Origin: an uncultured Verrucomicrobiae bacterium
GTDB taxonomy: Bacteria; Verrucomicrobiota; Verrucomicrobiia; Limisphaerales; UBA11358
NCBI GenBank assembly: GCA_963719075.1
Contig: CAVRAN010000003.1
Coordinates: 408,659-472,658, forward strand
Length of the DNA: 64,000 bases
Direction: 5' to 3'
This document shows positions 39,238-47,580 of this stretch, in pieces (position 1 is the first letter of the stretch; each line of letters starts with the position of its first letter). The notes under the pieces were generated by a model. It did not search any database and was not told the origin of the DNA. It saw nothing but the letters and a program-made list of their open reading frames with translations. Both the position numbers and the translations under genes were made by a program.

Positions 39238-39612
39238 TCAGCTCCCCGGGTTGCCATAAAAGTTGACCTCGTTGCCGCTGTTCCCCAAACAGTCCATAAA
39301 GTCCACAAAGAGCGCCCGGAAAGAAAACGGGCATATTAAATCATCGTGCAAAAAATACCGGTCTGTGGAGACATCCTGGTCGAGGGCATTGAGTTGATGA
39401 TCCAGCAGGAACAAGCCCGCCTGGTGGTGTTGACACCAATGCCATAGTCGGTTGCCGTCAGATGTGTTGTTACAGCGTAGATGCCGCTTTCGGAAAATCC
39501 TATGTCGAAGTCGTTTGAAACCGGCCAGAGCCACGCCTATGCGAAGGATTCTTGCAATTGATAATTTTATAAATTTGATAGGCTTTGGTTTTGTTTGAAA
39601 AGTTTTTGGCAT
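39238..39612 (-). CDS. Hypothetical protein
   Basis: 124-aa ORF that overlaps the upstream 71-aa ORF by 46 nt in another frame. The two may be one frameshifted gene. Confidence 0.25.
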   Translation of the reverse strand: MPKTFQTKPKPIKFIKLSIARILRIGVALAGFKRLRHRIFRKRHLRCNNTSDGNRLWHWCQHHQAGLFLLDHQLNALDQDVSTDRYFLHDDLICPFSFRALFVDFMDCLGNSGNEVNFYGNPGS

Positions 39613-39782
39613 CTACCGTCCTGATTCTCCTTCATTTCTTCCATTGCAATAACTAAATCAAAAAGCTCGTCTTGTGTCATTACAATTTTAGGCCAATGGT
39701 ATTCATATTTCGGACGCGAGGTGATCGTGAACAGGGGAACGGTCTTGACAACAGCGAAAGCCTTCTTCCACATTAAAATCAA
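39567..39782 (-). CDS. Hypothetical protein
   Basis: 71-aa ORF with no family recognised. Confidence 0.2.
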   Translation of the reverse strand: MILMWKKAFAVVKTVPLFTITSRPKYEYHWPKIVMTQDELFDLVIAMEEMKENQDGRCQKLFKQNQSLSNL

Positions 39783-39791
39783 TTTATTTTC

Positions 39792-40469
39792 ATGACCCTC
39801 AAAACCGAACTATTTTACAAACTTCCACAAAATGTCATCGCCATCTTCACCGGTCGCAATCTCTTATGGCACGCGCTGGCCATTGTCCTGACGATCATGA
39901 GTGTCATGTCAGGCTTCGACTGGTTTTATTATCGTTCGACGCGGGTAGAGGCGTTGCTTCAACTTGCCCGCCCGGCCATTATGTTCGGAGCCATACTTCC
40001 GGCTTTGGCAACTTTTGTCATTTTGATAATTGGCGAGGTTAGAAAAAACCGCCGCATCATCACGACTGCGTGGGCTTTGGGACAGACGGCCATTCTCAGC
40101 TATGTTGTATCCTGCGGCTACAAGGCATTCACCGGACGCACCGGGCCGCCATTTAGAGGCTTCAGAATGCCTGACGCCACTTCACTGGCTGACCCCAGCC
40201 ATGGCTTCCATTTCGGTTTCATCAAAGGGGGCGTCTTCTGGGGCTGGCCCTCGTCGCACACCACCGTTACGTTTGCCATGACGGCCTGCCTGATCACCCT
40301 CTATCCCAAAAACAAGACGCTTGTTTTCATCGCGTTGTTTTATGCGCTCTATATCGGCTTCGGCGTCTCGGTGACCATCCATTGGTTCTCCGACTTTGTG
40401 GCCGGAGCCATCATCGGCAGTATGAACGGGACAGTAATAGGAAGAAGTTTTAGAATGAAACTGGCTTGA
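39792..40469 (+). CDS. PAP2-family phosphatase (possible undecaprenyl-diphosphate phosphatase)
   Basis: The three PAP2 motifs are present: YKAFTGRTGPP, WPSSHT and SVTIHWFSDFVAG. There are multiple TM helices. Confidence 0.8.
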   Translation: MTLKTELFYKLPQNVIAIFTGRNLLWHALAIVLTIMSVMSGFDWFYYRSTRVEALLQLARPAIMFGAILPALATFVILIIGEVRKNRRIITTAWALGQTAILSYVVSCGYKAFTGRTGPPFRGFRMPDATSLADPSHGFHFGFIKGGVFWGWPSSHTTVTFAMTACLITLYPKNKTLVFIALFYALYIGFGVSVTIHWFSDFVAGAIIGSMNGTVIGRSFRMKLA

Positions 40470-40721
40470 AGCTCGCAATTCAAATAAAGAATGTAGTCCT
40501 TTTGAAATCAGAAGCGTTTCCGATTGCCGCCCCAGTGGCTCGCAAAACTAGAAACACCAACCTTCAGGAATTCTTCGTGCTTGCCGGAATTTTGAAAGAG
40601 ATTGCCGTTGCTGTTCAGCCGACAATTTGCGGAAGAGTTTCCATCCCTTATCAACAAGGCCGTTCCCGTGTGAATAACGAACGCAATCTGCGTGTCAGTC
40701 CGAAAAAAAATGCGCCGACGC

Positions 40722-40961
40722 CTAACCCGTTTCTTGGCCGTGAGCGTTGATGTGAAAATGCCGGGCGAGATAAGCGTCCACTTCGACTTTGGGAAAACGA
40801 ACGATTTTTGACGTGAGTTTGATGAAGGGCAGACGACGCTGCCGCATGAGATTATCAATCGTCCGTCGGCTGACATTCAAGCGTCGGGCAACCTGTGATT
40901 TGGTTTCGTAATCCGGCAGTGCGGAAATTTCTGTTCGCTCCGGGTTCATGTTCGTATCCAT
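40722..40961 (-). CDS. Excisionase-like helix-turn-helix DNA-binding protein
   Basis: 79 aa. KSQVARRLNVSRRTIDNLMRQRRLPFIKLTSKIVRFPKVEVDAYL is an MerR/AlpA-type Xis fold pattern. It lies near the integrase. Confidence 0.7.
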   Translation of the reverse strand: MDTNMNPERTEISALPDYETKSQVARRLNVSRRTIDNLMRQRRLPFIKLTSKIVRFPKVEVDAYLARHFHINAHGQETG

Positions 40962-41097
40962 TTATATGTTCACAGCTATCACTTTGCCAGAAGACGAAAT
41001 AGCAAAGGTGTCTTTGGGACACTAAATTCATCGCGCAATCCGGCTGCGACATTGGAGCATTTGACCGTCAGGAAGCTGTTTAATCTTCAATACGCTT

Positions 41098-41428
41098 TAC
41101 CCCTAATTTTCATTAGGCTTTCGAGTGCGCGCAAAAGCCGCGCCAGAGCCGCGCAATTTTTCGCAGTCGCGGACAAGGAACAGGCAGTCCCTGATCGTGG
41201 ACTTGGCCGTGCATAAAACGCGAACACGGATGACCGTGTCCGTGAACAGTCCGCAGTCATTTTCAGTCCGTGACCGTGACCGCGTCCGTGATTTGTCCGT
41301 GTCCACGTCCAGTCCAAGCCCGCGCACAGTCCGCGAACAGGCAACGGATAATCTGGCGCGAAGTAATTTTTGCGCGGAAATTCCGCGACTCATGCGTGAA
41401 CCCCAAAACCATAATCTGATTAGGGGTA
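41098..41428. repeat. Non-coding repeat-dense block (iteron-like) between int and xis
   Basis: It is bounded by TACCCCTAAT (41098-41107) and ATTAGGGGTA (41419-41428). GTCCGTG occurs 4 times (41238, 41266, 41284, 41295) and CAGTCC 5 times (41185, 41247, 41264, 41310, 41327). CCGCG..CGCGG palindromes sit near both edges. Confidence 0.7.
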
Positions 41429-41514
41429 GGGCTTTGTCCTAAAAAAGAATGACTGCGATACTGTGTGCGCGTGAATCAGAGGCCGATTATGTGTCGCCGG
41501 TCGGCGCGTCAATC

Positions 41515-41550
41515 TATTGCTCGCCTCATCCGGCTGCGCTCCAAATTGAC
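41515..41550. repeat. Right copy of the 29-bp inverted repeat pair
   Basis: TATTGCTCGCCTCATCCGGCTGCGCTCCA (41515-41543) is the reverse complement of 11642-11670. It lies 85 nt downstream of the int stop codon. Confidence 0.85.
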
Positions 41551-41627
41551 CCGCCGCCCGGCTCCGAGATTTTGCCTCTAGATTCCGCGCACGGGGAATT
41601 TACGGTGCGACAGATACAGGCGCAGCA

Positions 41628-43001
41628 TCATGCGTTGGCGGTAATTCGCAGCGGGACGACGTTGCCAGCCTGCTTGGGCGGCATGATGGAGAACCAAGCT
41701 TTTGCCTCGGCATCGGTCGCCAAGGCGCGGTAGTTGGAAAATATAACCTGTGGTGAATTGCCACATTCCAGCGCCACGGCAGGCACGTCTTTGAGCACAG
41801 CCACGCGATAGGAAATATAAGAGTGGCGGAACCCGTTGCGCTTCCACGACACCTTGGCCCGTGCCGCCGCGCGCTCAAAACGGTCGCCCAAGGCGTTACC
41901 GACATTTTCGGCCTTTTCATCGCAGGGATTCATCAAGCCGAACCGCTTGGCATACGGAGTCAGCCACACGGCGAGATTGTCACTAATTGGCACCAACCGG
42001 CGGGCGGCCGTCTTGGCGTTTTCCGCGCTCACAACAATCAATTTTTCAGACAGCCGCACATCTCGCCAGTCCAGTCGTGAAACTTCTGACAATCGCAAAC
42101 CGGCAAACGCGGCAATGGCCAGCGCCGGGACAATGGCCGCGTCCGCTGCCGCGAGGATGGCGCGCATTTCATCCGGCGGGTAGATGCCGATGGGCGCGGG
42201 CACTTTCCGGGGCGTGGAAATTTCTGAAAGTTCAAGGGCAAGTTCAGCGGACACATATTTCTGGCGGCGGGCGAAGTTGAACAGGCTCACGATCTGCCGG
42301 AGCATATTTTCCTTGGTGCGCGCGGCGGTGTCCTTTTTCGTCTTTTGTTTTTTCAATCCGTAAATCCATTGTTGAACCAGCGGCGCGCTGACGGCGATCA
42401 TGGGCAGCACAAACGCTTTGGAGAATTGACCGAGGCGAAATTGAAGGTCGTGGATATGCACCGCCGAACAACCGGCGCTCCGCCGATCAGCGATGAATTC
42501 CGTGACGACTTCGGCGACAGTTTTGCGCGGCATGTTGGACGGATGCTTCTGTTTGTAGAACTGCATCGCTTCCGTGAGGGTCACACCCGGTAACAGACTC
42601 GCGCGGGCAGTGGTGTAGTCACGCACGATTTCCACCAGCCGGGCGGCACTGGCGTTGCCGATGCCTTCGTTCTTGGCCAGCAACGCGAGGGCTTGTTCGA
42701 GGGATACGCGATCTGCGGCGCTCAACGCCGCCGCTCCGAGCGCACCCTGTGCTTTCTGCTCCGCGACGCACAGCGCCTCGGCATTGGCCTGGGCGAAGTC
42801 CATGAAGCGGCGAAGCTGACGCTTTCCGCCCGCGTAGTAACTCAACAAAAAAGTCGGAAAATTTTTACCGCGAACATGACCGTTATTTTTGTAAATTTTC
42901 ACCGCGACATCGCCATTGCGGACAACGTGCGGCCAAGTTTTCGGCAGACGAGCGGGCTTTGATTTCGGCAAAATCAAATCAGCAGAAAAACCATTCTTCA
43001 T
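41628..43001 (-). CDS. Tyrosine-type site-specific recombinase (island integrase)
   Basis: 457 aa. The C-terminal catalytic domain carries GLRLSEVSRLDWRDV, NGFRHSYISY and VIFSNYRAL (R..HxxR..Y pattern). The start codon is ~60 nt from the tRNA 3' end. Confidence 0.9.
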   Translation of the reverse strand: MKNGFSADLILPKSKPARLPKTWPHVVRNGDVAVKIYKNNGHVRGKNFPTFLLSYYAGGKRQLRRFMDFAQANAEALCVAEQKAQGALGAAALSAADRVSLEQALALLAKNEGIGNASAARLVEIVRDYTTARASLLPGVTLTEAMQFYKQKHPSNMPRKTVAEVVTEFIADRRSAGCSAVHIHDLQFRLGQFSKAFVLPMIAVSAPLVQQWIYGLKKQKTKKDTAARTKENMLRQIVSLFNFARRQKYVSAELALELSEISTPRKVPAPIGIYPPDEMRAILAAADAAIVPALAIAAFAGLRLSEVSRLDWRDVRLSEKLIVVSAENAKTAARRLVPISDNLAVWLTPYAKRFGLMNPCDEKAENVGNALGDRFERAAARAKVSWKRNGFRHSYISYRVAVLKDVPAVALECGNSPQVIFSNYRALATDAEAKAWFSIMPPKQAGNVVPLRITANA

Positions 43002-43006
43002 GCGTC

Positions 43007-43031
43007 AAAGTGTAACAACACTGTAACAACA
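43007..43031 (+). repeat. Tandem TGTAACAACA decamer pair (candidate arm-type site, tRNA-proximal arm)
   Basis: AAAGTGTAACAACACTGTAACAACA begins 5 nt upstream of the int start codon and ends 31 nt before the att core. Confidence 0.6.
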
Positions 43032-43062
43032 TTTCAAGACATATCAAAAAACCCTTTATTTT

Positions 43063-43087
43063 GATGGTGCCGACGGAGGGGGTCGAA
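43063..43087. repeat. Proximal att direct repeat (within the tRNA-Leu 3' end)
   Basis: Identical to 1892-1916. It covers the tRNA T-loop through CCA plus 2 nt. Confidence 0.85.
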
Positions 43088-43151
43088 CCCACACATCTGT
43101 GAAGATACTAGATTTTGAGTCTAGCGCGTCTGCCAATTCCGCCACATCGGC
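43065..43151 (-). tRNA. tRNA-Leu (anticodon CAA), CCA-encoded, long variable arm
   Basis: Minus-strand sequence: GCCGATGTGGCGGAATTGGCAGACGCGCTAGACTCAAAATCTAGTATCTTCACAGATGTGTGGGTTCGACCCCCTCCGTCGGCACCA. The acceptor stem has 7 bp (one G-U). The anticodon stem is CTAGA/TCTAG with loop CTCAAAA. The T-loop is TTCGACC, with one U-U mismatch in the T stem. Confidence 0.85.
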
Positions 43152-43249
43152 CACCAAGAGCAACTATATTTTCAGTTTCGCCCAAAGTAAATCATTTTCA
43201 GCGCGCGGAAAAATTTGCTTTGCGGCGCAACTGCGTTTTCAATGATTGC

Positions 43250-44023
43250 GTGATAGCAAAACGTGTCATTCCGTGCCTCGACGTTCACGACGGCAACGTC
43301 ACGCGCGGCGTGCAATTTGGAAAAGCCGAGGCGGGCGAATTAAAAAATGTCGGCGACCCCGTCGCGCTCGCGCTGCGTTACAACGAGCAGGGCGCGGACG
43401 AAATGGTTTTCTTCGACATCACCGCCAGCGCGCACGGTCGCGGCACGATGGTGGACGTGATCGAGCGCGCCGCCGACCAATGCTTCATGCCCCTCACCGT
43501 CGGCGGCGGAATTAAATCCGTCGAGGAAATGTATCAAATGCTGCGCGCCGGTGCGGACAAGATCAGCATCAATTCTTCCGCGCTGGCGAATCCCGATTTG
43601 ATCCGCGCGGGCGCGGAAAAATTCGGCAGCCAGTGCATCGTCGTTTCCATTGACGCGAAAAAAATCGCGCCGGACAAATGGGGCGTGTTTTCGCACGGCG
43701 GACGCAAGGACACCGGCCTCGACGCGATTGACTGGGCAAAAAAAGCGGTTCAACTTGGCGCGGGCGAAATTGTTTTGAACTCCATTGACGCCGACGGCAC
43801 GAAGGCCGGGTTCGACCTCGTCATCACGCGGCGCGTGAGCGAAGCCGTGGGCGTGCCGGTGGTGGCCAGCGGCGGCGCGGGCACGCTGGAACACATGGCG
43901 GAAGTGCTGCTCGCCGGCAAAGCCGACGCCGTCCTCGCCGCGAGCATTTTCCATTTCGGCACGTTCACCGTGGGCGACGTGAAACAATTTTTGGCGAAGA
44001 AAAAAATTTCGGTGCGCTTATGA
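43250..44023 (+). CDS. hisF: Imidazole glycerol phosphate synthase cyclase subunit
   Basis: A GTG start at 43250 gives [37 protein letters not shown]. The upstream part of the listed 302-aa ORF overlaps the tRNA and is not coding. Confidence 0.9.
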   Translation: MIAKRVIPCLDVHDGNVTRGVQFGKAEAGELKNVGDPVALALRYNEQGADEMVFFDITASAHGRGTMVDVIERAADQCFMPLTVGGGIKSVEEMYQMLRAGADKISINSSALANPDLIRAGAEKFGSQCIVVSIDAKKIAPDKWGVFSHGGRKDTGLDAIDWAKKAVQLGAGEIVLNSIDADGTKAGFDLVITRRVSEAVGVPVVASGGAGTLEHMAEVLLAGKADAVLAASIFHFGTFTVGDVKQFLAKKKISVRL

Positions 44024-44057
44024 ATTAGTCGTATAAAACAATTACAGACTCAATCCA

Positions 44058-44912
44058 ATGCAACTCTACAAATACGCAGGCTTGGCAGGATTGAAAATTC
44101 TCGAAGATTTACGGCTCAAGGTAACGCCTCCAAACCAGTTTAACGACCCTTTTGAATTAACTCCGCGTTCAAGAGTTACAATCAAACAGGGTGACATGAT
44201 AGAAAAGGTAAAAAATAATCCTGAATATTTCCGACCTGTTTACAACGACATGGTTGAAAAAGAAGGTTATCCGTATTCCTTTTCAAAATTCCTTGACGAC
44301 TTACCAGCACAAATAAATAAGCAGTATAATAAATTTTTGAAACTCTATGGGGATGCACTCGTTGAACAAGATTTGGCCTCTTTAAATGACGCAAGTAATT
44401 ATATTGGAATTCTCTGCCTTACATCGACAAATAACAGCATTCCAATGTGGTCATACTACACCGACCATCATCGAGGAATGGTTGTCGGCTTCGACCTGAA
44501 TCAAACTTCATTTCCTCATTCTGTTTTCAGCAAGATATGGTATCTGAAACGTCGATTAAGTGTTGACCCGCAATTAAGGCCGCCAAGCAGACAATGGTTT
44601 ATCCAAGTCACAAAAGTCATTTTTTCCAAAAGTGAAGAATGGAAATCAGAAAATGAATATAGATTTGTATTTCGGTTACGAGATCTTGTTCAGCCTAAAG
44701 CCAAAGGAAAGAAAATTAGCTTTTTCGTCGATATTTCGAGCAGCATGGTCAAAGAAGTGATTTTGGGTTGTCGTGTTTCAAAAAAGAGAGAAGCTCAAGT
44801 TAGAAAAATCCTTGAGGCAAAGCGTTTTTCTCATGTAAAACTTCTGCGCATCAAACGCGATAGAAAGAAATTTCAATTTCAAATAGTTTCTGCCGCAAAA
44901 TCAGAAAATTAA
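44058..44912 (+). CDS. DUF2971-family protein
   Basis: MQLYKYAGLAGLKILEDLRLKVTPPNQFNDPFEL matches the DUF2971 N-terminal signature. The gene is strongly AT-rich compared with hisF. Confidence 0.7.
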   Translation: MQLYKYAGLAGLKILEDLRLKVTPPNQFNDPFELTPRSRVTIKQGDMIEKVKNNPEYFRPVYNDMVEKEGYPYSFSKFLDDLPAQINKQYNKFLKLYGDALVEQDLASLNDASNYIGILCLTSTNNSIPMWSYYTDHHRGMVVGFDLNQTSFPHSVFSKIWYLKRRLSVDPQLRPPSRQWFIQVTKVIFSKSEEWKSENEYRFVFRLRDLVQPKAKGKKISFFVDISSSMVKEVILGCRVSKKREAQVRKILEAKRFSHVKLLRIKRDRKKFQFQIVSAAKSEN

Positions 44913-44916
44913 ATTT

Positions 44917-45279
44917 ATGAACGACCTGACCCAATCCCGCTGGCTGCCCATCGTGCTGCTGACCTGCTCGAACATTTTCATGACGTTCGCGTGGTATGGC
45001 AATCTGAACTCGAAATTCAAAGGCACGCCGCTCTGGCTGGTCATCCTCGCGAGCTGGGGCATCGCTTTCTTTGAATATCTTTTCATGATCCCGGCCAATC
45101 GCTGGGGCAACTCGGTTTATTCCGTCACGCAACTCAAAATCATCCAGGAAGTCATCACGCTCTCGGTCTTTTGTGTCTTCGCGATTTTTTATCTCGGCGA
45201 ACGCATCCGGTGGAATTACGTCGCGGCGTTTGTGTGCATCCTCGCAGCGGTGGCGTTCGCCTTTTTGCCAAAAGACTGA
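44917..45279 (+). CDS. DMT-superfamily small membrane protein (DUF486)
   Basis: 120 aa with 4 TM helices. NIFMTFAWYGNL..PANRWG is typical of DUF486. Confidence 0.7.
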   Translation: MNDLTQSRWLPIVLLTCSNIFMTFAWYGNLNSKFKGTPLWLVILASWGIAFFEYLFMIPANRWGNSVYSVTQLKIIQEVITLSVFCVFAIFYLGERIRWNYVAAFVCILAAVAFAFLPKD

Positions 45280-45348
45280 ACAACCGAGGCGCAGAGTTGA
45301 AAACTCTCTTGGCAGCGGCGATTCGTTCTGTTTAATTGGCCGCGCCGA

Positions 45349-47575
45349 ATGAGAAGTTCACCCGCCATTGCGCGACTTATTTTTTTAGTCGCGGTTTTTC
45401 CATTCATTTCCAACGCGCAACAATCGGAGTGGGAAGTTCAGGCGCTGAATCAAATCATCCCGGACGCGCCTCAAGGTCATGTGGAATATGATCTGGCGTC
45501 GGGCACGGCGCACGGCACGAACGGCGTTTTCGTGAAATACGGCGGGACGACGCTCACGGCGGATAACGCGTCGTTGAACTGGCAGACGGGCGGAGCGGTG
45601 GCCGACGGACATGTGCGCATCGAGGAAGGCGACCAAATCTGGATTGGCGAACACATCAGCTACAATTTCAAAACGCACCAGATGCAGAGCGAGGAATTTC
45701 GCACCGGCAAGCCGCCGGTGTTTGCGCAAGGCGAACAACTGCGGGGCGACTTGAGCAATCACGTTTATACCGCGCGCAACACTTATGTCACGACGGATGA
45801 CGTTAGCGACCCGGTCGTTCGCGTGGAGGCCAGCAAAATAAAAATTGTTCCCGGCAAATATGTGGAAATGTGGAACGCGGTTTTGTTCGTGGACGGTGTG
45901 CCGTCCTTTTATTTTCCGTATTACCGGCGCAATTTGGGATGGCACGCGAACAATTTGAATTTCCTTCCCGGCTATCGCAGCGCTTACGGACCGTATTTGC
46001 TTACAAGTTACAATTGGTTTCTTGGCGACGACGCGGACGGCAAATTTCATTTGGATTATCGTGAACGCCGCGGCGTCGGCACCGGCCCGGATTTGAACTT
46101 GCATCTCGGCCAATGGGGCGAAGTTAAATTCAAATATTATTATCTCCACGACCACGATTCTGGCGAAAGCATCAGCACCAACGGCTTTGCCAATTTGGGC
46201 ACGATTCCCCAAAACCGCCAGCGCGTTTATTTCGCCTATCAGGCGACGCCATTCACGAATCTGAACGTCAAGGCGCTCGTGAATTATCAAAGCGACCCGC
46301 TCGTGCTGCACGATTTTTTTGGAAACGACTATGCCGACAATCCGCAGCCAAACTCGTTCGTCGGAGATCAACCGCGACTGGCCAAACTGGAGCCTCGATG
46401 CCGAAACCACGCCGCACGTGAATAATTTTTTTGACCAGGTCGAACGCCTGCCCGACGTGAAACTCACCGGGTTCAGCCAGCAGGTTTTTAACACGCCAGT
46501 CTATTACCAGAGCGAAAGTTCGGCCGGTTACTATCGCCATGTTTTTGCGGACACCAATGACGCGCTGTATGCCACCACGAATGGTCCGATGCCAAGTTAC
46601 TCCGCCGCTCGCGCCGACACGTATCATCAATTGCTTCTGCCCGAGGTGCTTTTAGGCTGGCTGAACGTCACGCCACGCGTCGGCGGCCGGTTCACTTATT
46701 ACAGCGAGGAGAGCGGCCCGGGCGCGACCAACAGCGAAACTTACCGCACCGTTTTCAACACCGGGGTGGACGTTTCGTTCAAAACCTCGCGCCTGTGGCC
46801 AAACGCAACCAATTCGCTGCTGCAAGTTGACGGTCTGCGCCACATCGTCGAGCCGTCGGTTAATTATGTTTTTGTACCCGCGCCGAGCACAACACTGCCA
46901 CAATTCGATTCCGAGTTGCCGAGTCTCATGCTGCTGCCGATTGAATTTCCCGATTACAACGACATTGATTCGATTGACAGCCAGAACGTGATCCGATTCG
47001 GCCTGCGCAACACGCTGCAAACCAAACGCGACGGCGAGGTCGAAAATCTTTTGGACTGGAATGTTTTAATGGACTGGCGGCTGCATCCAAACCCGACGCA
47101 GCAAACGTTCAATGATTTGTATAATGAACTCGCCTTTCGCCCGCGCACGTGGCTCACGTTCGAATCACAAACGCGTTACGACATCAATAACGGCCATTTC
47201 AACATGGCCTTCGATCAAGTCACGCTCGCGCCGAACGAAAAATGGAGCTGGAGTCTCGGCCATTGGTATTTGCGGCAGGAATTCATCGGCGAAGCGGACA
47301 ATTTGATCACGAGCACCATGTTTTTCCGGCTGAACGAAAACTGGGGGTTTCAGGCCACGCATGATTTCAACGCGCAAACTGGCCTTTTGCAGGAGCAATT
47401 TTATACCATTTACCGCGACATGCGGAGTTGGACGGGTGCGCTTACTTTTCGTTTGATTGACAATGGCACCGGCCCGGAAGATTTCACCGTGGCTTTCACC
47501 TTTTCGCTTAAAGCGAGCCCGAACTACCACCTCGGCGATGACGCCGTCCAGCCGTATAACCTCGTCGGCGAGTAA
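45349..47575 (+). pseudogene. lptD: LptD/OstA-family outer-membrane LPS-assembly protein, split by a +1 frameshift near 46363
   Basis: ORFs 45349-46425 (frame 1) and 46319-47575 (frame 2) together encode an OstA N-terminal domain plus beta-barrel (VRIEEGDQIWIGEHISY.., VPSFYFPYYRRNL..). The sense reading ..PQPNSFV|EINRDWPNWSL.. requires skipping one G in GTCGGAG (46360-46366). Confidence 0.7.
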
Positions 47576-47580
47576 AGTTT

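Larger units (their letters stand above)
1892..43087. mobile_element. tRNA-Leu(CAA)-integrated genomic island (~41.2 kb) carrying an exosortase/PEP-CTERM EPS locus
   Basis: Perfect 25-bp direct repeat GATGGTGCCGACGGAGGGGGTCGAA at both ends. The right copy is the tRNA 3' end. Integrase and an Xis-like gene sit at the tRNA-proximal end. IS elements, a TA module and pseudogenes lie inside, and housekeeping genes lie outside. Confidence 0.8.

Noticed and set aside
41087-41442. Three mutually overlapping ORFs (85, 96 and 105 aa) on both strands
   Set aside because: They lie in the repeat-dense block and are R/S/T/V-rich with no coding periodicity visible. The region was interpreted as non-coding repeats.
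43340-43987. 215-aa minus-strand ORF
   Set aside because: It is antisense to hisF.
45385-46494. 369-aa minus-strand ORF
   Set aside because: It is antisense to the lptD-like gene and is Arg-rich.
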